Source: Actinomycetes bacterium
GTDB taxonomy: Bacteria > Actinomycetota > Actinomycetes > Actinomycetales > Micrococcaceae
Length of the DNA: 64,000 nt
Direction of reading: 5' to 3'
Assembly: GCA_023426375.1 (NCBI GenBank)
Contig: JAFAAV010000051.1
Coordinates: 21,465 to 85,464, forward strand
Shown here one piece after another: positions 36,078 to 45,523 of the stretch. A program made the position numbers and the translations under genes. Each line of letters begins with the position of its first letter. The first letter of the stretch is position 1. The notes under the pieces are model-generated. The model saw only the letters and a list, made by a program, of their open reading frames with translations, had not been told where the DNA came from and made no database searches.

Positions 36078-39000
36078 ATGGAACGTCGTCTTAATAAAGG
36101 TACGTCTCAAAAACTTGAAAGAATAGAAGAAATGGCGTCTGACCGGGCCGTATACCCGGTTGAGACACCGCCGGAACCACGAACGCTCGTAGACATCGTG
36201 CTGGACACCGTGGCCCAGTTCCCGGATGCCATTGCCCTGGAAGACGAGCAGGAGCGCGTGCCCTACGGCGAGCTGGAAGCCCGCATCGAATCACACGTGC
36301 AGCGTCTGTGGGATATCGGCGTGGGTCGTGGAGACCGCGTGGGTATCCGGGTCCCGTCCGGCGGTGCAGACCTCTACGTCGCCATCCTCGCCACGCTGTT
36401 CGCCGGTGTCGCCTACGTGCCGGTCGACTGGGACGATCCCGACGAGCGGGCCAATACCGTGTGGGAAGAAGCAGGCGTGGCCGCAATCTTCGGCCGGGAC
36501 CTCGAACTGACGCGCGTGGAGAGCATCGAAACCACGGGTGATACCGAACCACCGCGCACCCAGGACGATGCCTGGATCATTTTCACCTCCGGCTCCACCG
36601 GAAAGCCCAAGGGCGTAGCGATCACCCATCGTTCCGCCGCCGCTCTCGTGGACGCAGAAGCCAAGATGTACCTGCAGAAGCGCCCCATGGGCCCCGGTGA
36701 CCGCGTCATGGCGGGCCTGTCCGTGGCCTTCGATGCGTCCTGCGAAGAGATGTGGCTGGCCTGGCGTTACGGCGCCACGCTGATACCGGCCCCGCGCGAC
36801 GTCGTGCGGTCCGGTCCCGATCTCGGCCGCTGGATTATCAACCACCGCATCACCGCCGTCTCCACCGTGCCCACGTTGGCATCGCTGTGGCCCAGCGAGG
36901 CGCTGGACACCGTGCGTCTGTTGATTTTCGGCGGCGAAGCCTGCCCGCTGGAACTCACCCAACGGTTGGTCCGTCCCGGTCGCGAGGTCTGGAACACCTA
37001 CGGCCCCACCGAGGCCACCGTGATCGGATCGGGTGCCATCCTGACCGGTGACGCTCCCATTCGAATCGGCCTGCCCGTTCCCGGGTGGCAACTGGCCGTG
37101 GTGGATACCGACGGTCAGCCCGTGGCCTGGGGCGAAACCGGCGAACTGATCATCGGCGGCGTCGGCCTGGGCCGTTACCTGGATCCCGAAAAGGACGCCG
37201 AGAAGTACGCGTCGCTGCCCTCACTGGGCTGGGAACGCGCCTACCGCACCGGTGACATGGTCAAGGCAGACAAGGAAGGACTCGTTTTCGCGGGTCGTGT
37301 GGATGACCAGGTGAAGATCTCCGGCCGTCGCATGGAACTCGGTGAGATCGACGACTACATGAGCTCCGTACCGGGCGTTCGCGTGGGTGCGTGCGCCGTG
37401 CACCCCACACCCGGTGGCGACAACATCATTGCCGGGTACCTGGTACCTGACTTCGAAGGTGCCGTTGACCTGGTGGCCGTGCGAGCCTGGCTGTCCGAAA
37501 GGCTGCCGGGCCAGATGGTCCCCGCCCTGTGTCTCATGGACGAGTTGCCGTTGAAGACCTCGGGCAAGGTGGACCGCAAAGCCCTACCGTGGCCCATGCC
37601 GACCGACGGGCTCGATCAGAAGCCATCACTGGATCACGACCTCGAATGGCTCGCGGAGCTGTGGGCCGATCAGCTCGGTCCCCTACCCTTCACCGCGGAC
37701 AGCGACTTCTTCGCCATGGGAGGCAGCTCCGTAGGCGTCGCCCGCCTGGTCTCGGCGCTACGCCAGTCCCACCCGGACACGGAAATTGCACGCATCTACG
37801 CGGACCCCACCCTGCGCGGCATGGCCAACTACTTGGAAACGCTCGAAGCCTCCCAGGATTCCAAGCGGGAACCCGCGCCCTTGCCCGCCTGGACCGGTTG
37901 GGTCCAGGGAGCGTTCTTGGCTGCGCTGTGCGTCGCCAACGGCCTGCGCTACGTGGTGGGTTCCCTCATCGTCGTGTGGGTCCTCGCTGTGGTTGTAGGT
38001 GCCGGATGGGTACCCACTCCCCCGCTACTGCCGTTGATCATCGGCTGGCTCGTGATGTTCTCACTGCCCGGTCGCGTACTCGTCGGCTCCGCGTTCGTGA
38101 GACTGCTGACCGCCGGGCTCAAACCCGGTCACTATCCTCGGGGTAAGTGGAATCACCTACGAGTGTGGGCCGCTGAACGCCTGGTGGTTTTCAACAAGTA
38201 CGAGGTTCTGCTGGGCACTCCCATGGCCCGCACCCTCCACCGTCTCTTCGGTAACAAGGTGGGCAGCGACGCGCACCTGCATCACATGCCGCCCGTAACC
38301 GGTCTGGTCTCGATCGGTGAAGGTGCCACCGTGGAATTCGAGGCGGATCTCGCGGGTTACTGGCTCGACGGTGACACGTTCCACGTGGGCGCTATTGAAA
38401 TCGGCGCCCACTCGCGCGTCGGTACGCGCACGCTGGTCGACCCCGGTGCTCGCGTGGGCGCCCGGGCAGAGGTTCTGCCCGGTTCCCATGTGACGGGCAC
38501 GGTTCCCGACGGCGAGTTGTGGGGCGGGTCCCCCATGTACCATCGCGGTGCCGCGGCCCAGACCTGGCCCGACGTCGCTCCGGAGACCGTGGCCAACCTG
38601 CCCACCTGGGGCAAGGTCAAGTCTCATCTGGCTTACACCGGTGGTACCGCCGTCATTGGCTTGCTGCCGATCCTGGCCATCATTCCCGGTGCGCTCCTGA
38701 TCCTCCCGCAGGTCATCGGCATCCAGTTCTATGAACTGGTCTTCCCGATCCTCGCCCTGTGGGTACCGTTGTTCGTCATCCTCACCGCCGTCGTGTGGTT
38801 GTTGCTCGTGGTGGGTTGCGTGCGCCTGGTGGCAGGCATGATCAACCCCGGGTACTTCCCGCAGAACGGTCCGGTCGGTTGGGCCACGTGGTTCACCGAG
38901 ACTCTGATGCAGCGCACGTTGATCTCGACCTACCCGATCTACGCGTCCTGCGTCACCCCACTGTTCCTCCGCTTGTTGGGTGCCCGAGTGGGCCGCTCGG

Positions 39001-40148
39001 TGGAGATCTCTACTGCGGAAACCATTCCGCACCTGACCTCGCTGAAGGACGGCGCGTTCTTGGCGGATCACTCCCTGGTGGCCTCCCACCGATCCGGATT
39101 CGGCTGGGTTCATTTGGGAACGTCCGTGATCGGCGAGCGCACGTTCGTGGGTAACTCCGCGATCGTGGGTCCCGACCGTGATCTCCCCGAGGACGCTCTG
39201 GTGGCGGTCCTCAGCTCCGCACCTCACAAGGCCCCGGTCGGTTCGTCGTGGCTGGGCCGCCGTGCACAACCCATTGCTCGCGCCCACACGGAGGCCGACG
39301 AATCGGCGACTTTCCGCCCGCCCCGTCGCCTCCAGGCAGCGCGCGGTTTCGTGGAAGCGTTCCGCATGGTTCCGGCCATGGTCTCCGCATGGATCGACCT
39401 GATGATCGTGTACGCGTTGACCAGCATCTACATGAACTACGGAATGGGGCTGCAGGGGCTGCTCTACACCGCACTGTGGTCAGGTGTGGTCCTGCTGGCC
39501 GCCAGTACGCTGGCGTGTTTGGTCCCCGTGATCGTCAAGTGGGCTCTCATGGGCCGCTTCCGCACCGGCGAGCGCCCGCTGTTCAGCTCGTTCGTGTGGC
39601 GCAACGAGTTGGCGGACGTTTTCTCCGAGTCCCTGGCCGTGCCGTCCTTGGTTCGACTCAGCGTGGGATCCCCGCTGTTCAACGCCTGGTCGCGTCTCAT
39701 GGGTGCTCACGTGGAACGCGGTGTGTGGTGCGAAACCTGGTGGCTGCCCGAGTTCGACCTGGTCACCTTGGAAGAGGGCGTGTCCGTCAACCGCGGCACC
39801 GTGCTGCAGACCCACCTGTTCCACGATCGCATCATGCGCTTGGAGCCGGTCACCATGCGTCGCGGTTCCACGCTGGGACCCAACAGTTTTGTGCTGCCCG
39901 GCGCCACGATCGAAGAACGTTCCACGGTGGGCCCCGGCTCACTGGTCATGCGTCAAGAAACGGTGCCGGCCAACGGTAACTGGGGCGGTAATCCCATCCG
40001 ACATCTCGAACCCGGTGACCAGGCCATCAGTGCCCAGGTCGTTCCCGGACCGCAGGTGGCGGAACACGATCATCCGATCGTGCCCGTTGCACCCATCAAC
40101 ACATCGCAGACGGTCTCGACTGCAACGCCCGAGGAGGCCACCCGATGA
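36078..40148 (+). CDS. Pls/PosA-type single-module NRPS (A-T plus membrane-embedded hexapeptide-repeat C-terminal domains)
   Basis: A-domain cores IFTSGSTGKPKG, NTYGPTE, YRTGD, GRVDDQVKISGRRMELGEI, KTSGKVDRKAL. Thiolation site FFAMGGSSVGVARL. About 750 aa of alternating TM helices and LbH-like segments follow. No C or TE domain. Start ATG 36078 (GGGGAG RBS); alternative starts at 35922 and 36132. Confidence 0.8.
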   Translation: MERRLNKGTSQKLERIEEMASDRAVYPVETPPEPRTLVDIVLDTVAQFPDAIALEDEQERVPYGELEARIESHVQRLWDIGVGRGDRVGIRVPSGGADLYVAILATLFAGVAYVPVDWDDPDERANTVWEEAGVAAIFGRDLELTRVESIETTGDTEPPRTQDDAWIIFTSGSTGKPKGVAITHRSAAALVDAEAKMYLQKRPMGPGDRVMAGLSVAFDASCEEMWLAWRYGATLIPAPRDVVRSGPDLGRWIINHRITAVSTVPTLASLWPSEALDTVRLLIFGGEACPLELTQRLVRPGREVWNTYGPTEATVIGSGAILTGDAPIRIGLPVPGWQLAVVDTDGQPVAWGETGELIIGGVGLGRYLDPEKDAEKYASLPSLGWERAYRTGDMVKADKEGLVFAGRVDDQVKISGRRMELGEIDDYMSSVPGVRVGACAVHPTPGGDNIIAGYLVPDFEGAVDLVAVRAWLSERLPGQMVPALCLMDELPLKTSGKVDRKALPWPMPTDGLDQKPSLDHDLEWLAELWADQLGPLPFTADSDFFAMGGSSVGVARLVSALRQSHPDTEIARIYADPTLRGMANYLETLEASQDSKREPAPLPAWTGWVQGAFLAALCVANGLRYVVGSLIVVWVLAVVVGAGWVPTPPLLPLIIGWLVMFSLPGRVLVGSAFVRLLTAGLKPGHYPRGKWNHLRVWAAERLVVFNKYEVLLGTPMARTLHRLFGNKVGSDAHLHHMPPVTGLVSIGEGATVEFEADLAGYWLDGDTFHVGAIEIGAHSRVGTRTLVDPGARVGARAEVLPGSHVTGTVPDGELWGGSPMYHRGAAAQTWPDVAPETVANLPTWGKVKSHLAYTGGTAVIGLLPILAIIPGALLILPQVIGIQFYELVFPILALWVPLFVILTAVVWLLLVVGCVRLVAGMINPGYFPQNGPVGWATWFTETLMQRTLISTYPIYASCVTPLFLRLLGARVGRSVEISTAETIPHLTSLKDGAFLADHSLVASHRSGFGWVHLGTSVIGERTFVGNSAIVGPDRDLPEDALVAVLSSAPHKAPVGSSWLGRRAQPIARAHTEADESATFRPPRRLQAARGFVEAFRMVPAMVSAWIDLMIVYALTSIYMNYGMGLQGLLYTALWSGVVLLAASTLACLVPVIVKWALMGRFRTGERPLFSSFVWRNELADVFSESLAVPSLVRLSVGSPLFNAWSRLMGAHVERGVWCETWWLPEFDLVTLEEGVSVNRGTVLQTHLFHDRIMRLEPVTMRRGSTLGPNSFVLPGATIEERSTVGPGSLVMRQETVPANGNWGGNPIRHLEPGDQAISAQVVPGPQVAEHDHPIVPVAPINTSQTVSTATPEEATR

Positions 40149-41554
40149 ACGAACACAAAGTGGATGAAATAGCCGAGGGCGACCTGATGCCGGGTGAGCG
40201 ACCTCGCCCCGGTCAACGTCCTCCGCGCGAAGTGTGGACTGGCGGTTCGGACAATGGCCGCGGGGCCAGCACCGAGAACGAGCACTGGAGCGAGAACGCC
40301 CCGATCGTCACGGCACCACCTCGCGCCACGGCACCTTCGCCGCGGCAGGGCGCAGCGATACGCAACGTGGCCAGTTCGGACGGGCGGCGCACCAAGCGGC
40401 GCATCATGGGGGTCGACGCCGCTCGCGGCTTCGCGTTGATCGGTATGATCGCGGTTCACACCCTGCCCGCGTCCGTGGGCACCACCGACGAGCCCTCACT
40501 GACGTGGGTGCTTTTCGGCGGCCACTCCGCTGCTCTGTTCGCCGTCTTAGCCGGTGTCAGCTTGGCCTTCCTCACGGGCGGCAGGAACCCGCGACAGGGC
40601 CTTGACGCACGACGGGCCCGAGTGGGCATCGCGGTACGCGCGCTGTTGTTGTTCGCGATCGGTTTGCTGCTCAACACCATGGACTTCCCAGCGTTCAATA
40701 TCCTCACGTACTACGGAGTGATGTTCCTGCTGGCCATCCCCTTCACCATGATGTCGGTGCGCTGGCTCTTCGGAAGCGCCGTGTTCTTCATGATCTTCGC
40801 CCCGATGCTCATGCAGTCGACACTGGACGTTCTGCCGTCACACGTGCACGACAACGCCAACCTCGTGAACTTGTTCACGGCCCCCGGAACGGTTCTGGCG
40901 GAGTTGTTCCTGACCGGGACCTACCCTGCGCTTCCCTGGATGGCGTTCATCTGCCTGGGTATGGCGTTGGGCCGGTTGCCGTTGTCCCGTGATCGTATTC
41001 AGATTCTCCTGGTGATCTTCGGCGCCGTGATTGCGGCCGTGGCCAAGGGCTTGTCCATGATGATGCTGCTGCGCTTCGACGTGCGTGAAGCACTGGTGGC
41101 GTCCACCCCGTGGTTGACCAACAAAGAGGTCATGACCATCCAGAACTACGGTCCGGACCCCGAGCTTCCCACCACCACCATGAGCTGGTTGTTGATCTCC
41201 GGCCCGCACACCAACACTCCGTTCGCGATCGCCGTCAGCGCGGGTTTGGCCATGGTGGCGTTGGGTGCTTTCCTGTTGATCTGCCGCTGGATCGGGCGTC
41301 TGCTGGCTCCCCTGGGTGCCATGGGTTCCATGACCCTGACCCTCTACAGCGCGCACCTGGTGTTCCTGGCGTTCGTACCCATCAGCGAAACGCCCATGTT
41401 CTGGTTGATCGTCCAGATCGCGGTCGCTGCTCTGGTGGCGACGGCGTGGCAACACGCGGTGGGCTCCGGTCCCCTCGAGCGGTTGGTCACCAGGATCTCC
41501 CGTTCCGCGGGCCGCAGGTTAGTGTCCAACGGGCAGGTCGGTCCGCGGCACTGA
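40145..41554 (+). CDS. DUF1624/DUF418-type polytopic membrane protein (acyltransferase-like)
   Basis: About 95-aa disordered N-terminus, then RRIMGVDAARGFALIGMIAVH… and about 10 TM helices. ATGA overlap with the NRPS gene. Confidence 0.6.
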   Translation: MNEHKVDEIAEGDLMPGERPRPGQRPPREVWTGGSDNGRGASTENEHWSENAPIVTAPPRATAPSPRQGAAIRNVASSDGRRTKRRIMGVDAARGFALIGMIAVHTLPASVGTTDEPSLTWVLFGGHSAALFAVLAGVSLAFLTGGRNPRQGLDARRARVGIAVRALLLFAIGLLLNTMDFPAFNILTYYGVMFLLAIPFTMMSVRWLFGSAVFFMIFAPMLMQSTLDVLPSHVHDNANLVNLFTAPGTVLAELFLTGTYPALPWMAFICLGMALGRLPLSRDRIQILLVIFGAVIAAVAKGLSMMMLLRFDVREALVASTPWLTNKEVMTIQNYGPDPELPTTTMSWLLISGPHTNTPFAIAVSAGLAMVALGAFLLICRWIGRLLAPLGAMGSMTLTLYSAHLVFLAFVPISETPMFWLIVQIAVAALVATAWQHAVGSGPLERLVTRISRSAGRRLVSNGQVGPRH

Positions 41555-41623
41555 GCCGGTAGCTCCCGGTTCTCGAGGTAGTCCACGGTCCGACTGACAG
41601 AACCGGATTACACCACCACAGGC

Positions 41624-41656
41624 AAAGGCCCGAGCGAATGATTCGCTCGGGCCTTT
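41624..41656. terminator. Bidirectional stem-loop terminator
   Basis: Perfect 15-bp stem aaaggcccgagcgaa / ttcgctcgggccttt with a 3-nt loop, between convergent genes, with A/T runs on both flanks of the stem. Confidence 0.7.
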
Positions 41657-41672
41657 CCGCACGCTGAACCGG

Positions 41673-42879
41673 TTACAGCATCCCCACCAGGACACTGGCC
41701 ACGATGATCGATCCGGCACTCACGGACGTGAAGCCACCGATGAGCATGGGCGGCAGCAGGTGGTCGCGCAGCGCCGTGGATTCTTCCTCGTCACGCGCGG
41801 TGGAGCGGACGACTTCTTGGACGATCAGATAGTCGGCGGGGAATCCGTACATGGCCGTCAGGGCCACGGACATCCCCAGTTTGGGGTGCCAGCCCAGCAG
41901 TTTGGTCACGATGAACCCGCCGATCAGGATGCCTGATCATCCCGAATCCCAGGATCGCGAGAACGGGCAGCAGGGACGCAATCACATCATCGAGCGAGGC
42001 TGTCATGAGCGGTGCGACGACAATGCAGATGATGGCCGCCATGGCGATACCGAAGCTGTTACTGCGCTCCAGTACGCGGTCCGGAATGACGCCCAATGCC
42101 GTGAGGATGATGCCGAGCAGTAAGCCCCAGATGGAATAGCTGATCCCCGTCAACTCGCCCAGGTGGAAGGCCGCCGCGCCGGCGGTGAACACCAGGAACA
42201 GCAGGAACAGCTGGTTCTCGGCGAGCTTCTCCGGCAGGCGCACGAGTTTCGGGCGAGTGGCCACGGTGGTGCCCGCAGCGCCGTCGTTGTGTGCCGAGGA
42301 AGCCGAACTGGACGGCCCGGTAGCACTGAGCCGTTTGAGATCACCGGTGTCGCGGAGCTTGAGCGAGTAGCTGCGCAACAGGTAATTGGTGAGCGGCATG
42401 GACGGCAGCGACTGCAACATCAGCACCAAGGACGGAACCACGATCACGGCAGTGGCGATCCCCGCTTCGGTGAGACCTTGCGTGGTGAGTGAGGTGGAGA
42501 TGATGCCGCCGGCCAGCGGGCCCGCACCGGCGACCGAGTATTCGAATCCGAACAGCGGTGTGACGATGGCGAGCACCATGCCCACTCCCACGAGCATGCC
42601 GCCCAACGCGATCAACACAGCTTTCCACTGCGCCTTCATGGTGGACAGCGGAATCAGCGACCCCATGTGCACCATGATGGGCGGCTGAATGAGCGTACCC
42701 ACGATCACCATGGTGGATGTCGTGACGAGATCCTCGGGAATCAGGCCGATCTTGGCAAATATAAACGCGCCCAACATGGCTACCAGCAGCGAGGGCACTC
42801 GCGCCTTGGACCAAATGGACAGGATCTCTCCCACGGCGATGAACGCCAGGATGATGGCCGCCGCCAACAGTGGAGACAT
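41673..42879 (-). pseudogene. Polytopic membrane transporter (family unassigned), +1 frameshift
   Basis: ORF 41791..43029 (real start ATG 42879, MSPLLAAAIILAF…) loses sense after …LAILGFGMI. ORF 41673..41909 continues in another frame (…GILIGGFIVTKLLGWHPKLGMSVALTAMYGFPADYLIV…). Deleting one base near 41934 joins them. Span is 3n+1 nt. Confidence 0.65.
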
Positions 42880-42929
42880 GGTGGTTCCTTCCGTGGTGAA
42901 CCGATGAGGGGTGGCTGAGTGCTGCGGGT

Positions 42930-44114
42930 CTAGGCGGAGGCGAGCCGGTCGAAAGCCAGCTGTGCCAGCGCGGCAGCTTGGTCGCCCAGGACGGCGTCGT
43001 CGAAGAGCACGTTGGGTGAGTGGTTCCAATCCGCAGTTTCCGGGTCAACATCCGGCGGGCTGCACTGCAAGAAGATGAAGCAACCGGGAACGTCCTGGAG
43101 GACGTAGGAGAAGTCCTCGGATCCCATGAGGGGGTTCGGGTATTCGACCACCCGGTCCTCCCCGAAGGTCTTACTGAGCGTGGCTGCGGTGAAGTCGGAC
43201 TCGGTTTCGTCATTGACCGTGACCGGGTACAGGACCTCCCAATTCACCTCGGCCCGCACGCCGTGGGCTACGGCGATACCGTCAGCGAGTTCCTTGACCG
43301 CTCCGGGAAAGGTTTCGGTGGTCTCTGCGGACAACGTGCGAACGCTTGCGCCCAGGCTGGCGCTGTCCGGAATCACGTTGATGGCGGATCCGGCGGACAA
43401 CTGCGAGATCGACAGCACCACGGGGTCGAACACGTTGAAACGACGGGTCACCATGACCTGCAACGCGGTACCGAATTCCAACAGCGCGGGGACGGGGTCC
43501 TTGGCGGTGTGGGGCTGGGATCCGTGTCCGCCCTTGCCGTGGAACGTCACCGACAGTTTATTAGCCCCGGCCATTGCGGTAGTGGGCCAGTAGTTGAAGA
43601 CTCCGGGCACACCAGGGGCCACGTGGATGGCATACGCGGCCACGGGCTTGTCCCCGGTGACCTCCAGCAGCCCTTCGTCGAGCATCGGCTTGGCCCCGCC
43701 CGGACCCTCCTCACCGGGCTGGAACATGAAAATCACGTTGCCCCGCAGCTCATCCCGGCGAGCGCTGAGCAGCTTGGCCGCGCCCACGAGGCCCGCGGTG
43801 TGCAGGTCGTGGCCGCACGCGTGCATATTGTCGTTCTGGGAGGCGTAATCCAGCCCGGTCTGTTCGACCACGGGCAAGCCGTCCATGTCCCCACGCAGCA
43901 GCACCGTGGGGCCGGGTTGTCCTCCGCGTAGAACCGCGACCACGGAGGTCAACGACTCACCGAGGGTGATCTCGAGATCGCATCCTGCCAGCGCGTCGAG
44001 AACCTGCTGCTGTGTCCACGGCAGGTCATTGCCGAGTTCCGGGTGCGCGTGAAGTCTCCTGCGCAGCTCCACGAGCTCGGGCAACATTTCCTGGGCAGCC
44101 GCAACGAAAGACAT
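42930..44114 (-). CDS. M20-family amidohydrolase (N-acyl-amino-acid amidohydrolase/hippuricase-like)
   Basis: …LRRRLHAHPELG…VLLRGDMDGLPV…MHACGHDLH…FMFQPGEEG… M20D motifs. Start ATG 44114 preferred over 44141. Confidence 0.8.
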   Translation of the reverse strand: MSFVAAAQEMLPELVELRRRLHAHPELGNDLPWTQQQVLDALAGCDLEITLGESLTSVVAVLRGGQPGPTVLLRGDMDGLPVVEQTGLDYASQNDNMHACGHDLHTAGLVGAAKLLSARRDELRGNVIFMFQPGEEGPGGAKPMLDEGLLEVTGDKPVAAYAIHVAPGVPGVFNYWPTTAMAGANKLSVTFHGKGGHGSQPHTAKDPVPALLEFGTALQVMVTRRFNVFDPVVLSISQLSAGSAINVIPDSASLGASVRTLSAETTETFPGAVKELADGIAVAHGVRAEVNWEVLYPVTVNDETESDFTAATLSKTFGEDRVVEYPNPLMGSEDFSYVLQDVPGCFIFLQCSPPDVDPETADWNHSPNVLFDDAVLGDQAAALAQLAFDRLASA

Positions 44115-44230
44115 GACCTCACCACTTTTCGACCTGGGCATCGGATGATCAGAATTCAGTAATCCTTCACTTACCGTATGCCCAGCCCGTGATTCAAAGC
44201 ACCACCTGTCGCTTTTGTGTCACATTGTGG

Positions 44231-44551
44231 TCACTCTGTCGCGTGAGTCATCCCCAGAGACGGGCCCGGCGCGAGACGAATGGGCCCACGAACGGTCGCG
44301 AGGTCCACTTCTTGACCCTTCTGCTGCACGATCACCTGGCCTTCGTCCACGAGGTTTGCGGCGACCTCGCGGACCAGGGGCATCAGGTCTCGCCAGTCCT
44401 CTCCGCCGATGGCGCGCGCAGTTTCCGACGGACAGATCGTCTTGCCGTTGCGTTGCCGCAGCAGCTCGCGAATGGACTCCGCCGCCCGTTCCCGGAGCTC
44501 ATGGCGCTCCTGCACAGTTGCGTCGGCTTCGGCGTCGTTCTCGTTCGTCAT
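44231..44551 (-). CDS. DUF3253 domain protein
   Basis: …TICPSETARAIGGEDWRDLMPLVREVAANLVDEGQVIVQQKGQEVDLATVRGPIRL… matches my recollection of DUF3253. Confidence 0.6.
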   Translation of the reverse strand: MTNENDAEADATVQERHELRERAAESIRELLRQRNGKTICPSETARAIGGEDWRDLMPLVREVAANLVDEGQVIVQQKGQEVDLATVRGPIRLAPGPSLGMTHATE

Positions 44552-44569
44552 GTCAGAGTCTCCGCCGCG

Positions 44570-45523
44570 CTAGTCGATCAGTTTCATCGCGGCGAGGAGA
44601 CGCTCATGGCGCTTCATGCCCGCAGCGACCACCTGCGGGAAGTGCGAATACCAGCGCAAGTGTTCCGCGGCGACGTCGGCTTCCGGAACTTTTTCCCCAC
44701 CGATGGTCCAATGGTCGCGCGGGCCGCCGTCGAGATCCTCGGCGCGGTACCCCAGCGCATCCAAAGTGGATGAGTAGATGGGCGCCCGGATGCCGCCGAG
44801 CAGCACACGTCCCGGGTCCTTGACCTCGCCCGATTCGCCGAGCTCAGCGAGAATCTCTCGGGCCACGCCCATCAGCACCTCGTTGCTCGGGTGGTTGATC
44901 ACGTGCGCGGCGTTGGGTCCAGCACTTTCGAACAACGACGCCGCATCCACCGTCCCGTGGGCATCCTGCCGGGTCCGCAGCTGGTGGAGGGATTCGTCCT
45001 TGGAAGCCCGCACGGCCTCGGCCGACACCGGGTCCAACCGGACGGCACTCTTCCCCTGAGCCGCGGCCACGAGCACTCGAAGGTCGTGGTACGGCGCCAC
45101 GGGCGGGTCGGTGACACCGGCCGCACGCACGATCGCGAGGGTGGGCATGAGCGCCGTCCAACGCATCACGGGGAACTTCACCGCGCGGGAACCGGAGGGG
45201 GTGAGCGCAAGGATCTCCTCCGTGCCCAACGGCAGCCCTCGATACCCGGAGGCCACCGGCTGAGTGGCCACAAAGTTGCACCGGTTCAGGAGCCGAGTGA
45301 GATGCGGCAGGTCCTCCGCCAACAATTCGTGCACCGGTGGCACCCGCACACCGTGCCAGCGGCCCTCCCCGGCCCCGTGCAACAGCACACGCAGGGACTC
45401 AGCCTGGCAGTTACCGTGCACCATGAAGAGCGGCACGTCAGGCAGGTCGGTCAGTCCGTAGAACTCTCCGTAGTGCGCTCGCCGTCCGGGGTCGTGCGGA
45501 TCGAAACCCAGTGCCTCAGTCAT
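44570..45523 (-). CDS. WcbI-like polysaccharide-modification protein (putative acetyltransferase family)
   Basis: N-terminal HGNCQAESL motif and later INHPSNEV motif, as I recall for the WcbI family. ATGA overlap with the upstream GT2 gene. Confidence 0.45.
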   Translation of the reverse strand: MTEALGFDPHDPGRRAHYGEFYGLTDLPDVPLFMVHGNCQAESLRVLLHGAGEGRWHGVRVPPVHELLAEDLPHLTRLLNRCNFVATQPVASGYRGLPLGTEEILALTPSGSRAVKFPVMRWTALMPTLAIVRAAGVTDPPVAPYHDLRVLVAAAQGKSAVRLDPVSAEAVRASKDESLHQLRTRQDAHGTVDAASLFESAGPNAAHVINHPSNEVLMGVAREILAELGESGEVKDPGRVLLGGIRAPIYSSTLDALGYRAEDLDGGPRDHWTIGGEKVPEADVAAEHLRWYSHFPQVVAAGMKRHERLLAAMKLID

